Source: Promethearchaeota archaeon
GTDB taxonomy: Archaea; Asgardarchaeota; Hermodarchaeia; Hermodarchaeales; Hermodarchaeaceae
Direction: 5' to 3'
Assembly (NCBI GenBank): GCA_048938295.1
Contig: JBHLMI010000009.1
Coordinates: 49,463 to 81,462, forward strand
DNA: 32,000 nucleotides
The notes under the pieces: generated by a model
What the model was told of the DNA's origin: nothing
The model's input: the letters and a program-made list of their open reading frames with translations, nothing else
Databases searched by the model: none
In this document: piece by piece, positions 1 to 8,582 of the stretch
Position numbering within the stretch: the stretch's first letter is position 1
Layout of the letters: each line of letters begins with the position of its first letter
Position numbers and translations under genes: made by a program

Positions 1-783
1 GTCAGCCATGGGATTGAACTCATCCGGAGAAATCTGTAAATCTTTACTATCCCAGTTGATAAAGGTCCGAATAATGTGGCCAGGGCGCTTACCTCTTAAA
101 AGTACTCGAGCCCCATAATCAGCGTTGAAAGAAACAAGGAGGGGTACGAAGGTCTTCCCCTCTTTCCTAACTATGACATACACTGGTTCGTAGTCATACC
201 AATGCCGGGGGAATAGCTGGATTGGCCAATAGGCAAAATATTGGATGCAATACACGTCCTTATCCGCTGGGTCATGACTTACACGGTACTTCATCACACA
301 GGTGGGGATTTTTTCTGATGCAAAGATACTCGCGAACAAGCTGTGAACGTAGTTGTGGAATTGAGTGGAGTAGTCGGATCGAAGTCTGTCTCGAATCTTA
401 TCGAGCACCCCATGCATCTCTTTGTCCCAGGGAAGGTCGCTTTCAGGAAGGTCGACACCTAACACAGCGAGTTTTGCGCCAGTTAGATTATTGGGAAATT
501 CGCCAAGACAAAAGAGAAAAAGTGAATCGACAACTCCTGCAAACTCATCACCACGAAACCGTTTCTTCAGGGCCGCGAGCCGTCCTTCTGGTTCAATTAA
601 TTCGAGATTCTTTGCAAGGTCTGTCTGCTCTTCTTTAATGAGCGCAGGGTCTGCGTATAAAGTGGGGCAAAATTGCTGGGCGAGTCGATGTTCCTCATCG
701 GTTGGTGTACGCAAAGCCGGCTTGAATCCAGCCAACGGAAAGGCTTTCTTCCAGCGCGTGGTGATTTGTTCTGCTGATGTCAT
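1..783 (-). CDS. Partial (3'-truncated by window edge) hypothetical protein with a Vps62/NPP1-like H-x-x-D-[WY]-E motif
   Basis: Manual translation: ATG at 783, open for 261 codons to the window edge (MTSAEQITTRWKKAF...LAQQFCPTLY...CIQYFAYWPIQLFPRHWYDYEPVYVIV...FNPMAD). GGAG lies about 9 nt upstream of the ATG. It is absent from the ORF track because no stop falls inside the window. The family resemblance is from recalled motifs only. Confidence 0.8.
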   Translation of the reverse strand, partial: MTSAEQITTRWKKAFPLAGFKPALRTPTDEEHRLAQQFCPTLYADPALIKEEQTDLAKNLELIEPEGRLAALKKRFRGDEFAGVVDSLFLFCLGEFPNNLTGAKLAVLGVDLPESDLPWDKEMHGVLDKIRDRLRSDYSTQFHNYVHSLFASIFASEKIPTCVMKYRVSHDPADKDVYCIQYFAYWPIQLFPRHWYDYEPVYVIVRKEGKTFVPLLVSFNADYGARVLLRGKRPGHIIRTFINWDSKDLQISPDEFNPMAD

Positions 784-921
784 ATTTCGAATCTCCGGCG
801 TCTACACCCGTCAATAGCATAGAAACAGCTTATTATCTACTTTTGGGTCTTTGTTTTCTGATTCTCTTACTAGAGAAGAGCATATTTGAACGAATATGAA
901 AACTGAGGATGAGTTCCAAAC

Positions 922-3294
922 CTATTCGGAACGGATAACCCGTCCATTTGCCATGCGGTATTGATGTTCGGATGCCGAGAGCACGGCCGTTTGATGGCTG
1001 ACTACGATAATCTGTTGGAAGGTTCGTGAAAGTTCATCCTGTAAGAGCCGAATGATGTTGTCCCGTCGTTCTATGTCCGACCCGCCAAAGGGCTCATCAA
1101 GGAGCAGAAACTGAGGGGCCGTTCCCCGCCCTTGCGGGAGGAGAGCTATGGCAAACCCGAGACGTAATGCAAGGAGAAACTGATCCTCGGTTCCGCCACT
1201 ATAGAGATTAGCCCCTACATATTCTCCGGCTTCAGATGAATACACTTTGAGACTATAGTCCTCACTCAGTTTTGGAAACCGGTATTTCCCGTCGGTAATC
1301 GTCGCCAGTAGCCTTTCCATAACGTTTACAACGCGCGGCCGGACTTGTTCACGACCACGCTCGGCGACTTCACGGAGGAATTCGATGATGAACTCACCGG
1401 TTTTGATGTCTTCTTCGAGTTTGGCAACTTCGCGTTCTTTTAGCACATACTCGTCAACGACACCTTTGTTCTCCTGGAGAAGTGATTTCAATTCATCCAT
1501 GCGTTCAACAGTCTTTTTTCGTTCAGTTTGCAGTCTTACTTTCTCTTCGCCCATTTTCCTGACTTGGTGGTCTAACTCCTCATAGAGCCCGTCAGAGTAA
1601 TCACCCAATTCTTTAGGTAATGTGGGAAAACTTAGGGAGGATAACTCGTCGGTGAAGGTGACGATTTCAACTTTGGTCTGCTCCAAATCCTCTTCCGCTT
1701 CAGCCATTCCCTTCAGTTGACCCTCAATCGAAGTCAGCTGTTCGGATATCGAATTTACCCCTGCCTTAAGTTCGAATAACTTCTGTTCGACCCTTCGCAC
1801 CACCTGCTGTAAGGCATCCACTTCAGATTCATTGGGTACTTCGATATCTTCGAGAACCGAAGGAGAAAATTGCGTTAGCTGAGCAAACATTCGCTTAGCG
1901 ATGACATCGATTTCTTTGGATATTTTTTCCCTGTTTTGAATGCGATCTTTAAGTTGCATTTGATAGTCTTCCATGACCCGGTACTTTACAACTTGTTCGC
2001 TGAGCGACTCTTCACGCCGCCGGAGTTGATTCAAATCTGGAGCAGTTCCACTGTAAGAGAGAAAGGTCCATGCAAGGTAACCCAAGAAAGGTAGGGCAGC
2101 AACAATGAGAATACCCCCGATAAGGGGATTGAAGAAGATAGATCCAATACCAGCGGCTAGCAGTCCAATGGATGGAACATAGAGTAGAGGAGAGAAAATC
2201 CGTCGTCGACTGGCTTCAGCCTTTTGGCGTTGCACCTTCACTTGCTCGTATTCGACAAGTACTTGCTCCAGGGGTTCGAATCCATCGATTTGCCCTTCTA
2301 ACCGACTGATGAGTTCGGTCACCATTTGCTGTTCATCAATTTTGATTCCGAGTTGATCCGAAGTCTCTTCGATTTTTTGGAATTTTGCCATATCGTCTTT
2401 TAAATAGTCAAGCTGCTGCTGTTGTTTTTTGAGACGTTTTTGCTGGGATTGGAGTTTTGATGCGCTGGCAAGTTGTTTGGTTAATCGTGTCTCAGTCTGT
2501 TTTCGAAAGGTAAGCTCCCGTTGTAACTCGTTTTGTTTGTCGTGTACGTCTTTGTAAGCCCTAACTGCAGCATAGTTCTTCTCGGTTTGTGCTAGTGTCT
2601 GGCTAATCAGTTTTAGTTGTTGTTCGAGTCTGGTTAGCGCTTGCTGTTTGGCTTCTTGCTCTTCGGTTTGCTTTTCAAAATCCTCTTTGCGGTGTCGAAG
2701 CTGTTCGAGGGCTTTTTGCTCGGGTTCAAGTGTTTTCCGAATTGGTCGGAGTTCCAAGGCGAGTTTGTCATCTGCCCGAGAGAAGCATTCCCGACCCATC
2801 ATGGCATTAATGACATGACGGCGTTCCATCTTTGGCATTTGTGCTAAGCGGTCTAGGTCTTTTTGAAGAACGATATTGCTTGCTAGCAAGTCAGCAAGAG
2901 AAATTCCATTGAGGAGAGTGTTAATCTCTTTGTCGACGTTCGTGACTCCGGTGGCGAGCAAGGAGGCTTGACCTGAAGAGTCGATTTTATGTAGCTGAGC
3001 CTGCGAGGGACGTTTTCCGCTGTGAATTTGTCGCGTGATTCGGTATTTTGTTCCATCCAGTTCGAAGATAAGCCGAACAAAGGTTTTTTCGGCATCGTAA
3101 TTAATGAGCCGATCTTTTTGACCCATAGGTGCTTTATGTGTGCGCCCAAAAAAGGCGAACAAAATGGCTTCAAAGATACTTGATTTTCCGGATTCGTTGG
3201 GCCCGCTGATTGCTAGAATCCCTTGGGGAAAGGTAATGTCTACATCCAAATGCTTGAAATCTTGGGTGATAAGCTGACGAAGAATAACCATCAT
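922..3294 (-). CDS. rad50: Rad50/SbcC-type SMC-like ATPase, atypical: no zinc hook, central transmembrane hairpin
   Basis: Walker A GPNESGKSS, Q-loop IVLQKD, long coiled coils, signature YSGGTEDQ, Walker B/D-loop FLLLDEPFGGSD, H-loop VVSHQ. The start overlaps the mre11 stop (TAATG). Confidence 0.92.
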   Translation of the reverse strand: MMVILRQLITQDFKHLDVDITFPQGILAISGPNESGKSSIFEAILFAFFGRTHKAPMGQKDRLINYDAEKTFVRLIFELDGTKYRITRQIHSGKRPSQAQLHKIDSSGQASLLATGVTNVDKEINTLLNGISLADLLASNIVLQKDLDRLAQMPKMERRHVINAMMGRECFSRADDKLALELRPIRKTLEPEQKALEQLRHRKEDFEKQTEEQEAKQQALTRLEQQLKLISQTLAQTEKNYAAVRAYKDVHDKQNELQRELTFRKQTETRLTKQLASASKLQSQQKRLKKQQQQLDYLKDDMAKFQKIEETSDQLGIKIDEQQMVTELISRLEGQIDGFEPLEQVLVEYEQVKVQRQKAEASRRRIFSPLLYVPSIGLLAAGIGSIFFNPLIGGILIVAALPFLGYLAWTFLSYSGTAPDLNQLRRREESLSEQVVKYRVMEDYQMQLKDRIQNREKISKEIDVIAKRMFAQLTQFSPSVLEDIEVPNESEVDALQQVVRRVEQKLFELKAGVNSISEQLTSIEGQLKGMAEAEEDLEQTKVEIVTFTDELSSLSFPTLPKELGDYSDGLYEELDHQVRKMGEEKVRLQTERKKTVERMDELKSLLQENKGVVDEYVLKEREVAKLEEDIKTGEFIIEFLREVAERGREQVRPRVVNVMERLLATITDGKYRFPKLSEDYSLKVYSSEAGEYVGANLYSGGTEDQFLLALRLGFAIALLPQGRGTAPQFLLLDEPFGGSDIERRDNIIRLLQDELSRTFQQIIVVSHQTAVLSASEHQYRMANGRVIRSE

Positions 3295-4457
3295 TACCAG
3301 CCTCCCGACTCTTCAAGCAGCGCAAGTCCGCGTTCAAGGGCGTTTTGTAAGAGCTTCTTTCTCTCAGGATCAGTTTCTTGCTTGATACGTTCGAGGACAT
3401 ACTCACGGTATTCTGTGTTGGGTGGTTTCAAGTCCGCTTCAGGGACTTGATAATCGGGATCCGGACTGATATACTCCAGATCGTCGATAATTTCTGTTGA
3501 AAAGCACTTTGCGAAGCCATGTCGAACAACTTCAGCCCTTCGATATTGTTCTGCCGACTTGATTGTCATAACCCCCTTTAGGCGGAAGCGGAGAATAAGC
3601 TGGGGATTACGGAGACGAGTTATCTCTTTGGTGAGTATTTGGTTGATGTTTGCATCCTTTGGAATAGTAACGTTGATGGTTTTCATGGGACGAGTGTCGA
3701 TAGGAATCTGCTTGAGTTGTTGAACTCCATCGGTGTTAATTTCCAACCACACAAAGCCCTTCTGGTGTGCTTCTTCGGCAAAGGTAACGTGCTCCGTGCT
3801 TCCTGGAGTGCAAATAGTGGTAGCTTCAACCTGTTGTTTTTGGAATTCGTGATTATGGCCCGCGGCAAGATATGTGAGGTTTCTGGGGACAGATTTGAGG
3901 GGGATATCAGGTTCATGCGGGAAGGTTCCACGTAAGCCTTCCACGTTGTAGTGCGCCAGTAGGATATTCACATCACCCTTCCCAGGTATAGATAACTGCT
4001 GAAGAGGATCTTCAGTGGGAAGTAGGATAGGATTAAAAGAGATTCCCGAGATTTCCACGTCAAGTCCATTGATCGTGATGGTATCGGTGTGGATGACATC
4101 CCATTTTTCAAAGAATTTAACGAACCCAGCGCGAGCATATTCCAGTAAAGGAGCCACGCCATGTCGACGCGCACGTGGGACATCATGATTTCCACTGATA
4201 ATATAGATTGGAATCTGGCTATCGTAGAGTTTTCGGAAGGTTTCCATGACATGGGCTCGGACCGGATTGCGGGGATTTAACCCATCAAATAAGTCTCCAG
4301 AATGGAGTAAGAGATCTGGCTTCTTGTCTAATGCATATCCCATGACTGTATCGAATGCGTTGAGAAAGTCTCTCTTACGTTCATAACGCCTAGCTTGGAA
4401 TTTAATAGCGGGAACATCCAAGTGAGAATCTGAAGTATGCAAGATTCTAATTGACAC
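3294..4457 (-). CDS. mre11: Mre11/SbcD-family metallophosphoesterase nuclease
   Basis: Phosphoesterase motifs SDSH, GDLFD, GNHD, LAHY and GHNH, plus a helical C-terminal tail. GTG start; directly upstream of rad50. Confidence 0.95.
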   Translation of the reverse strand: MSIRILHTSDSHLDVPAIKFQARRYERKRDFLNAFDTVMGYALDKKPDLLLHSGDLFDGLNPRNPVRAHVMETFRKLYDSQIPIYIISGNHDVPRARRHGVAPLLEYARAGFVKFFEKWDVIHTDTITINGLDVEISGISFNPILLPTEDPLQQLSIPGKGDVNILLAHYNVEGLRGTFPHEPDIPLKSVPRNLTYLAAGHNHEFQKQQVEATTICTPGSTEHVTFAEEAHQKGFVWLEINTDGVQQLKQIPIDTRPMKTINVTIPKDANINQILTKEITRLRNPQLILRFRLKGVMTIKSAEQYRRAEVVRHGFAKCFSTEIIDDLEYISPDPDYQVPEADLKPPNTEYREYVLERIKQETDPERKKLLQNALERGLALLEESGGW

Positions 4458-4463
4458 AGGTAA

Positions 4464-6092
4464 TCAGACCTCGGAGAAGGATCCGTCGAGCCTCTTCTCT
4501 TCTTTTCGTTCTTTCAAGAGCTTTTGATCGATGCCGACATCCTTTCGTGCCTTTTTAAGGCGTTCAACCACATCAATGTCTGCCCCCCCTTCCTTTGTTA
4601 TCCGGGGTCTCACTTTTATCATAACGGGTGTGCGGGTAATGTCACCAACAACAACGGCTTCTCCAACGTTAAGGCCGGGAAGGTCAGAGATTAAATCCTC
4701 ACTTAATCGCTCAGAGGATTGAGCAATGGCATTTTGATCACGGGGATTGGTGATTTTTAGGACGATTTGACTGTTGCATTGACTGAGGCTGTCGGGATGA
4801 ATACGACCAGGGCGTTGACTGATAAGAAGTAGAAAAACCCCGAACTTGCGACCTTCCTGGGCTATGCGTCGGATGATGTAAGCCGAGTAGGTGTCTTTCT
4901 CAGGAGGAACGAAATTGTGGGCTTCTTCAACTACTAGAAACACCGGATAAGCGAATTCGTCTGTGACGACTGCTTCGAAGACATCGCGGAGAAGGCGACT
5001 GACAATATAATCGGTGCTTCGGTTACTCAGCCCAGAAAGGTCCATTATCGCCGCATGGTAGGGCTTAATGATTTTTCCTAAAGGAACACCACTTCGTGAG
5101 AAGACCCGCAAACGTTTGAGCCGGTGAATATATTTTATAGCATTTCGCGCACCAGCACGGATCTCTTTACTTTCATCCTCATCAACAGCTACAGCGTTTA
5201 GTTCATTTATGATATCATCCATCAGATAGACAACATTGCGGTCATTCAAACGAGTCAAGGCAACCTCAAGGCCTGCCCGAATGACTGTGAAGGATTCACC
5301 GATTCCACAGATGCTGCAGAGTTCTTCAAAATCTAAGTCAGCTAATCGCACCGTATATTCTTCGACATGCCCAATGTCTTTCTTACTGTATCGACCAGTA
5401 CTTTCAGGATTTTGAAACACCGTAACATGGTCAGAAAAGCTGTGTTTGTCCCCTTTTTCAGTTTGACTTAAGAAGACATAATCTGCGTGGGGGTCGATAA
5501 TGATGACCGTTGCACCCCGTTCCATTAATTCTTCTATGAGAACTCCGGTGAGATAGCTCTTCCCGGCCCCAGTCTGGGCTAGGATTGCTACATGTCGCCG
5601 GAAGCCGTTGATACGAATATTGACTGGAATTTGGGGACGGGAAATGAGGTTGCCGATATATAGACTGGCATCGGGAGGGTAGGCGTAAAATTGGGCTAAA
5701 AGGTGATCAGGAGCGATGTAGATGGGATTTCCTGGAGTGACTGCCCTTCGTGGGAGAAGGATTCGGGGAGGCTGACCCTTCTGTGTTGGCACTAGATATC
5801 CAAGAATACGGGCAACACCCCATGTCTTTACATCATCGATGTGAGCTTCTTTGATGCGGGTAATCGCATCGATATCCAAATCACGGCGTAAGGCGAGGCT
5901 CTGTGATATAATGCGTTCGACTTGTGCCAGCACTTGAACCGGTTGTAGCACGCCATTTACAAGTTCTTCGGATTCTACTGTAAGGTACTCAAATTTTGGT
6001 GGATACCTTTTCCGATCGCTAGCGAAGTAGAATTCGGTCGCTTTGGCTTCCTCGACAATATAACCAACTGGGTCTGCATCAGATTTTGGCAA
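4464..6092 (-). CDS. herA: HerA bipolar DNA helicase/translocase (FtsK-HerA family)
   Basis: HAS-barrel-like N-terminus, Walker A AQTGAGKS, Walker B VVEEAHNF, EGRKFG arginine-finger motif and SQRP. TTG start overlaps the nurA end by 14 nt. Confidence 0.95.
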   Translation of the reverse strand: MPKSDADPVGYIVEEAKATEFYFASDRKRYPPKFEYLTVESEELVNGVLQPVQVLAQVERIISQSLALRRDLDIDAITRIKEAHIDDVKTWGVARILGYLVPTQKGQPPRILLPRRAVTPGNPIYIAPDHLLAQFYAYPPDASLYIGNLISRPQIPVNIRINGFRRHVAILAQTGAGKSYLTGVLIEELMERGATVIIIDPHADYVFLSQTEKGDKHSFSDHVTVFQNPESTGRYSKKDIGHVEEYTVRLADLDFEELCSICGIGESFTVIRAGLEVALTRLNDRNVVYLMDDIINELNAVAVDEDESKEIRAGARNAIKYIHRLKRLRVFSRSGVPLGKIIKPYHAAIMDLSGLSNRSTDYIVSRLLRDVFEAVVTDEFAYPVFLVVEEAHNFVPPEKDTYSAYIIRRIAQEGRKFGVFLLLISQRPGRIHPDSLSQCNSQIVLKITNPRDQNAIAQSSERLSEDLISDLPGLNVGEAVVVGDITRTPVMIKVRPRITKEGGADIDVVERLKKARKDVGIDQKLLKERKEEKRLDGSFSEV

Positions 6093-7422
6093 GGCGAATC
6101 CTCCTGTCTCGGCGTTTTGGTATTAATGGAATTTTCAGCTCTTTCTCTATTAAGGGTTCATATAATGTTCGCACATCCTGCATGGGAAGACGAGCCTGTT
6201 GGTCTGCTTTGACTAAATAGACATTGTACAGCTCTAATCCACCATATTGACCCAACAAAATACCTAAAACGTCGGTGACACGGGTTGGTGGAGGGTCAAG
6301 CAGGCGTGAGGAGGTTATTTGCGATAACCGCGTAGGGAGCCCAACATTGAAGGCCGGCATGTCGATTCGCATTGGAGTATCGTTGTGCCTTAGTTTTGCA
6401 CAAAAGGTCACGAATGTGGGAATCTGGAAGAACTCTTTCATAACTGGAATTGCCCAGTTTTCGAAATCTTCTTCCTTTTCATAGTCGTTGTAGGCGTTAG
6501 CAAAGCGTCGCTGAACATAGGCGGCAGGGTCCTTGGATTCGTATTTGAAGAGGGGTACATCGGGGAAAGGTTCAATCGGGGTCGTATAACCGGCGGTTTC
6601 TGTCCAGGCATGAATGAGAGAAAAGTCGGGTCTGGGTCGGCGCAGCTCATATAATAGGTCCCAGAGCAGATCATATTGGTCACTACTAATTGGTAGGGTT
6701 TTGAGGATGCTGCGGGCAGAAACGGACTGTTTCTTCTCGGTATCAAGCACTTGAGTTAGTTGATCTAATTCGTGGTTTGAAAGTGCTGGGCTGAGATCCG
6801 TGAGGATTTCAGTCTTGAGTGATTCAAGAAGGAGTCTCGTCATGTGGCGAGCCACTGAATCTTTGCTGATGCCTAGGAGTAGGATCTTGCGTTTACGACA
6901 TATTTCGATGAGCTGCATAAAGGTCTCCAGATAACGCAGGTAAAGATCCCGTTCGCCTGGGTAGTTGAATTCGATGGGAACGTGAGTGATGCGGCCATAT
7001 AACGAACCGTCTATCAAAAGCACGTCTACATCAGATGCTTCCGTTACGGCTTCAAGAGCCACCTGATGTTCGATATGTTCTGATCGTATGCTGGCTAGGT
7101 CGATGAGTTGTTCTCTGGGAGAAGCGATCATATGCGCGTTTGATGAAATCCGTCGATGTGTAGGTCCCCATGAAGTGATCGCGCATGCTCGGCAAATATA
7201 CATGAAGGAACCGGGTGCGTACTCTTGGGTTGATCGACCACTATCCACTGCTATGACGCGGAGATCCGGTTTGGTTTCATCAGGAAGGTTTCGCCATTCT
7301 TTCTGAAAGGCGGTTTTCAGAAGCCTATCGAGACTTGTGGATTCTTCGCCGGTGAGTCGACGACGAAGCGCATCTCTATTTTCCTGTATCTCATGGAGGA
7401 ATAGATCTAGAAAATGTGGCAT
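6079..7422 (-). CDS. nurA: NurA 5'-3' nuclease
   Basis: RNase H-like acidic motifs IAVDSG, LLIDGSL and LLGISKDS; operonic with herA, mre11 and rad50. Confidence 0.9.
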   Translation of the reverse strand: MPHFLDLFLHEIQENRDALRRRLTGEESTSLDRLLKTAFQKEWRNLPDETKPDLRVIAVDSGRSTQEYAPGSFMYICRACAITSWGPTHRRISSNAHMIASPREQLIDLASIRSEHIEHQVALEAVTEASDVDVLLIDGSLYGRITHVPIEFNYPGERDLYLRYLETFMQLIEICRKRKILLLGISKDSVARHMTRLLLESLKTEILTDLSPALSNHELDQLTQVLDTEKKQSVSARSILKTLPISSDQYDLLWDLLYELRRPRPDFSLIHAWTETAGYTTPIEPFPDVPLFKYESKDPAAYVQRRFANAYNDYEKEEDFENWAIPVMKEFFQIPTFVTFCAKLRHNDTPMRIDMPAFNVGLPTRLSQITSSRLLDPPPTRVTDVLGILLGQYGGLELYNVYLVKADQQARLPMQDVRTLYEPLIEKELKIPLIPKRRDRRIRLAKI

Positions 7423-7468
7423 AGCACCATCGCCCTGCTGTATGCCTCAAAGAAGCTGGATTTACGCC

Positions 7469-7474
7469 TTTAAA
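7469..7474 (-). promoter_or_regulatory. Candidate archaeal TATA box for the nurA-herA-mre11-rad50 operon
   Basis: TTTAAA about 47 nt upstream of the nurA ATG, with a GGTG ribosome-site-like motif just before the ATG. Position and sequence are the only support. Confidence 0.35.
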
Positions 7475-7558
7475 CATAACCCCCGCACTCTGATAAGTTA
7501 ACTAAACCAATCACCACTTCTTCTACATGAAACACAAATTTTCCCTAGTAAAGCTTTA

Positions 7559-8002
7559 TTGGATACTACAACGAAAGGCAGGCATAATCAGCAAAAATCG
7601 GTGACCCGCATATTGCAAATTGGTCTGTTAATTCTACTCGTTGGAGAACTCGCTCTAGCGTTCGTTTTACGAGTCATTACATTATTCGTCGCCCTATACT
7701 TTGCGAGCCGGATTGTAACCGATCGGAGAATGACTCTGAAAGCGGCTTTCCTCGGAGCCCTCACCATATCAATTGTCTATGAAATATGCTGGGTTACTTT
7801 CTACTTTGTCAACCCTGCCTTTTCTGATTGGATCGCCCTAATCTTTTCATCAGTGGTACTCTTGGGTTTACTACTTAGATACTATGATTTAGGACTTTTC
7901 AGTAGCATTGCGTTGGTTATGCTTTTCATCGGCATATTGTTTACAATTATCGCATTTCGAACAGCAATTATTTACCTGTTCTTTCTCCCCCTTCCAAGCT
8001 AG
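7559..8002 (+). CDS. Small multi-pass membrane protein (paralog of 8089-8508); start uncertain
   Basis: About four hydrophobic helices. ALYFASRIV and LLLRYYDLG resemble LWLAGKVV and LIMHFFDTG of the next gene. TTG start is weak. Confidence 0.7.
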   Translation: MDTTTKGRHNQQKSVTRILQIGLLILLVGELALAFVLRVITLFVALYFASRIVTDRRMTLKAAFLGALTISIVYEICWVTFYFVNPAFSDWIALIFSSVVLLGLLLRYYDLGLFSSIALVMLFIGILFTIIAFRTAIIYLFFLPLPS

Positions 8003-8088
8003 CCTGCGTCCAATATGAATTTCAACTAAACTATAAATGGTAGAAGTAAGTATCAGAATACACTCACTAACATTGGTGATTCTAACTA

Positions 8089-8508
8089 ATGCAAATAGTA
8101 GAATTGATTGTTGAAGGAATTATCTTCCTAATCCTCTGGCTTTTTGGTTCACTAATCCTTTGGCTAGCAGGAAAAGTCGTGTCTGGTTACAATGCTAAAT
8201 TCACAGATGCACTGATAATTTCACTACTGGGAACCATCATCTCTCGAGTTTTTAACTGGGTTATGGTAACATTCGTATCTTCATACCTTCTTTCTCTCGG
8301 ACTTATAGGGGCCATTCTAGTAATTCTTATTCCACTAATCATTGTCCTTATAGTGTACATCGTGCTAATCATGCACTTCTTCGACACAGGATTTCTCGGT
8401 GCCTTAGCGGTAGGAATACTCTACGTCATCTTCATGGTTATCATTCTAATCATTCTCGGGATTTTCATTGGCGTCTTAATCTTGCTGTTGTTGGTTCTAT
8501 TCCCATAA
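8089..8508 (+). CDS. Small multi-pass membrane protein
   Basis: Almost entirely hydrophobic 139-aa ORF with GGTGA upstream of the ATG and a terminator-like element downstream. Confidence 0.8.
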   Translation: MQIVELIVEGIIFLILWLFGSLILWLAGKVVSGYNAKFTDALIISLLGTIISRVFNWVMVTFVSSYLLSLGLIGAILVILIPLIIVLIVYIVLIMHFFDTGFLGALAVGILYVIFMVIILIILGIFIGVLILLLLVLFP

Positions 8509-8512
8509 TAAT

Positions 8513-8561
8513 GAAGGAGGGAGCCCAAGCTACCGGCTTCCCTTCTCCCTTTTCTTTTTTT
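8513..8561 (+). terminator. Hairpin plus T-tract terminator
   Basis: GGGAGCC...GGCTTCC stem (one G-U pair) followed by TTTTCTTTTTTT, between convergent genes. Confidence 0.6.
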
Positions 8562-8582
8562 AGCACAGGATAGAATTTATTT

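Noticed and set aside
222-817. Track ORFs 222..638 and 422..817 on the plus strand
   Set aside because: Antisense shadows of the longer uninterrupted minus-strand ORF (<1-783); their translations are Ser/Arg-rich and motif-free.
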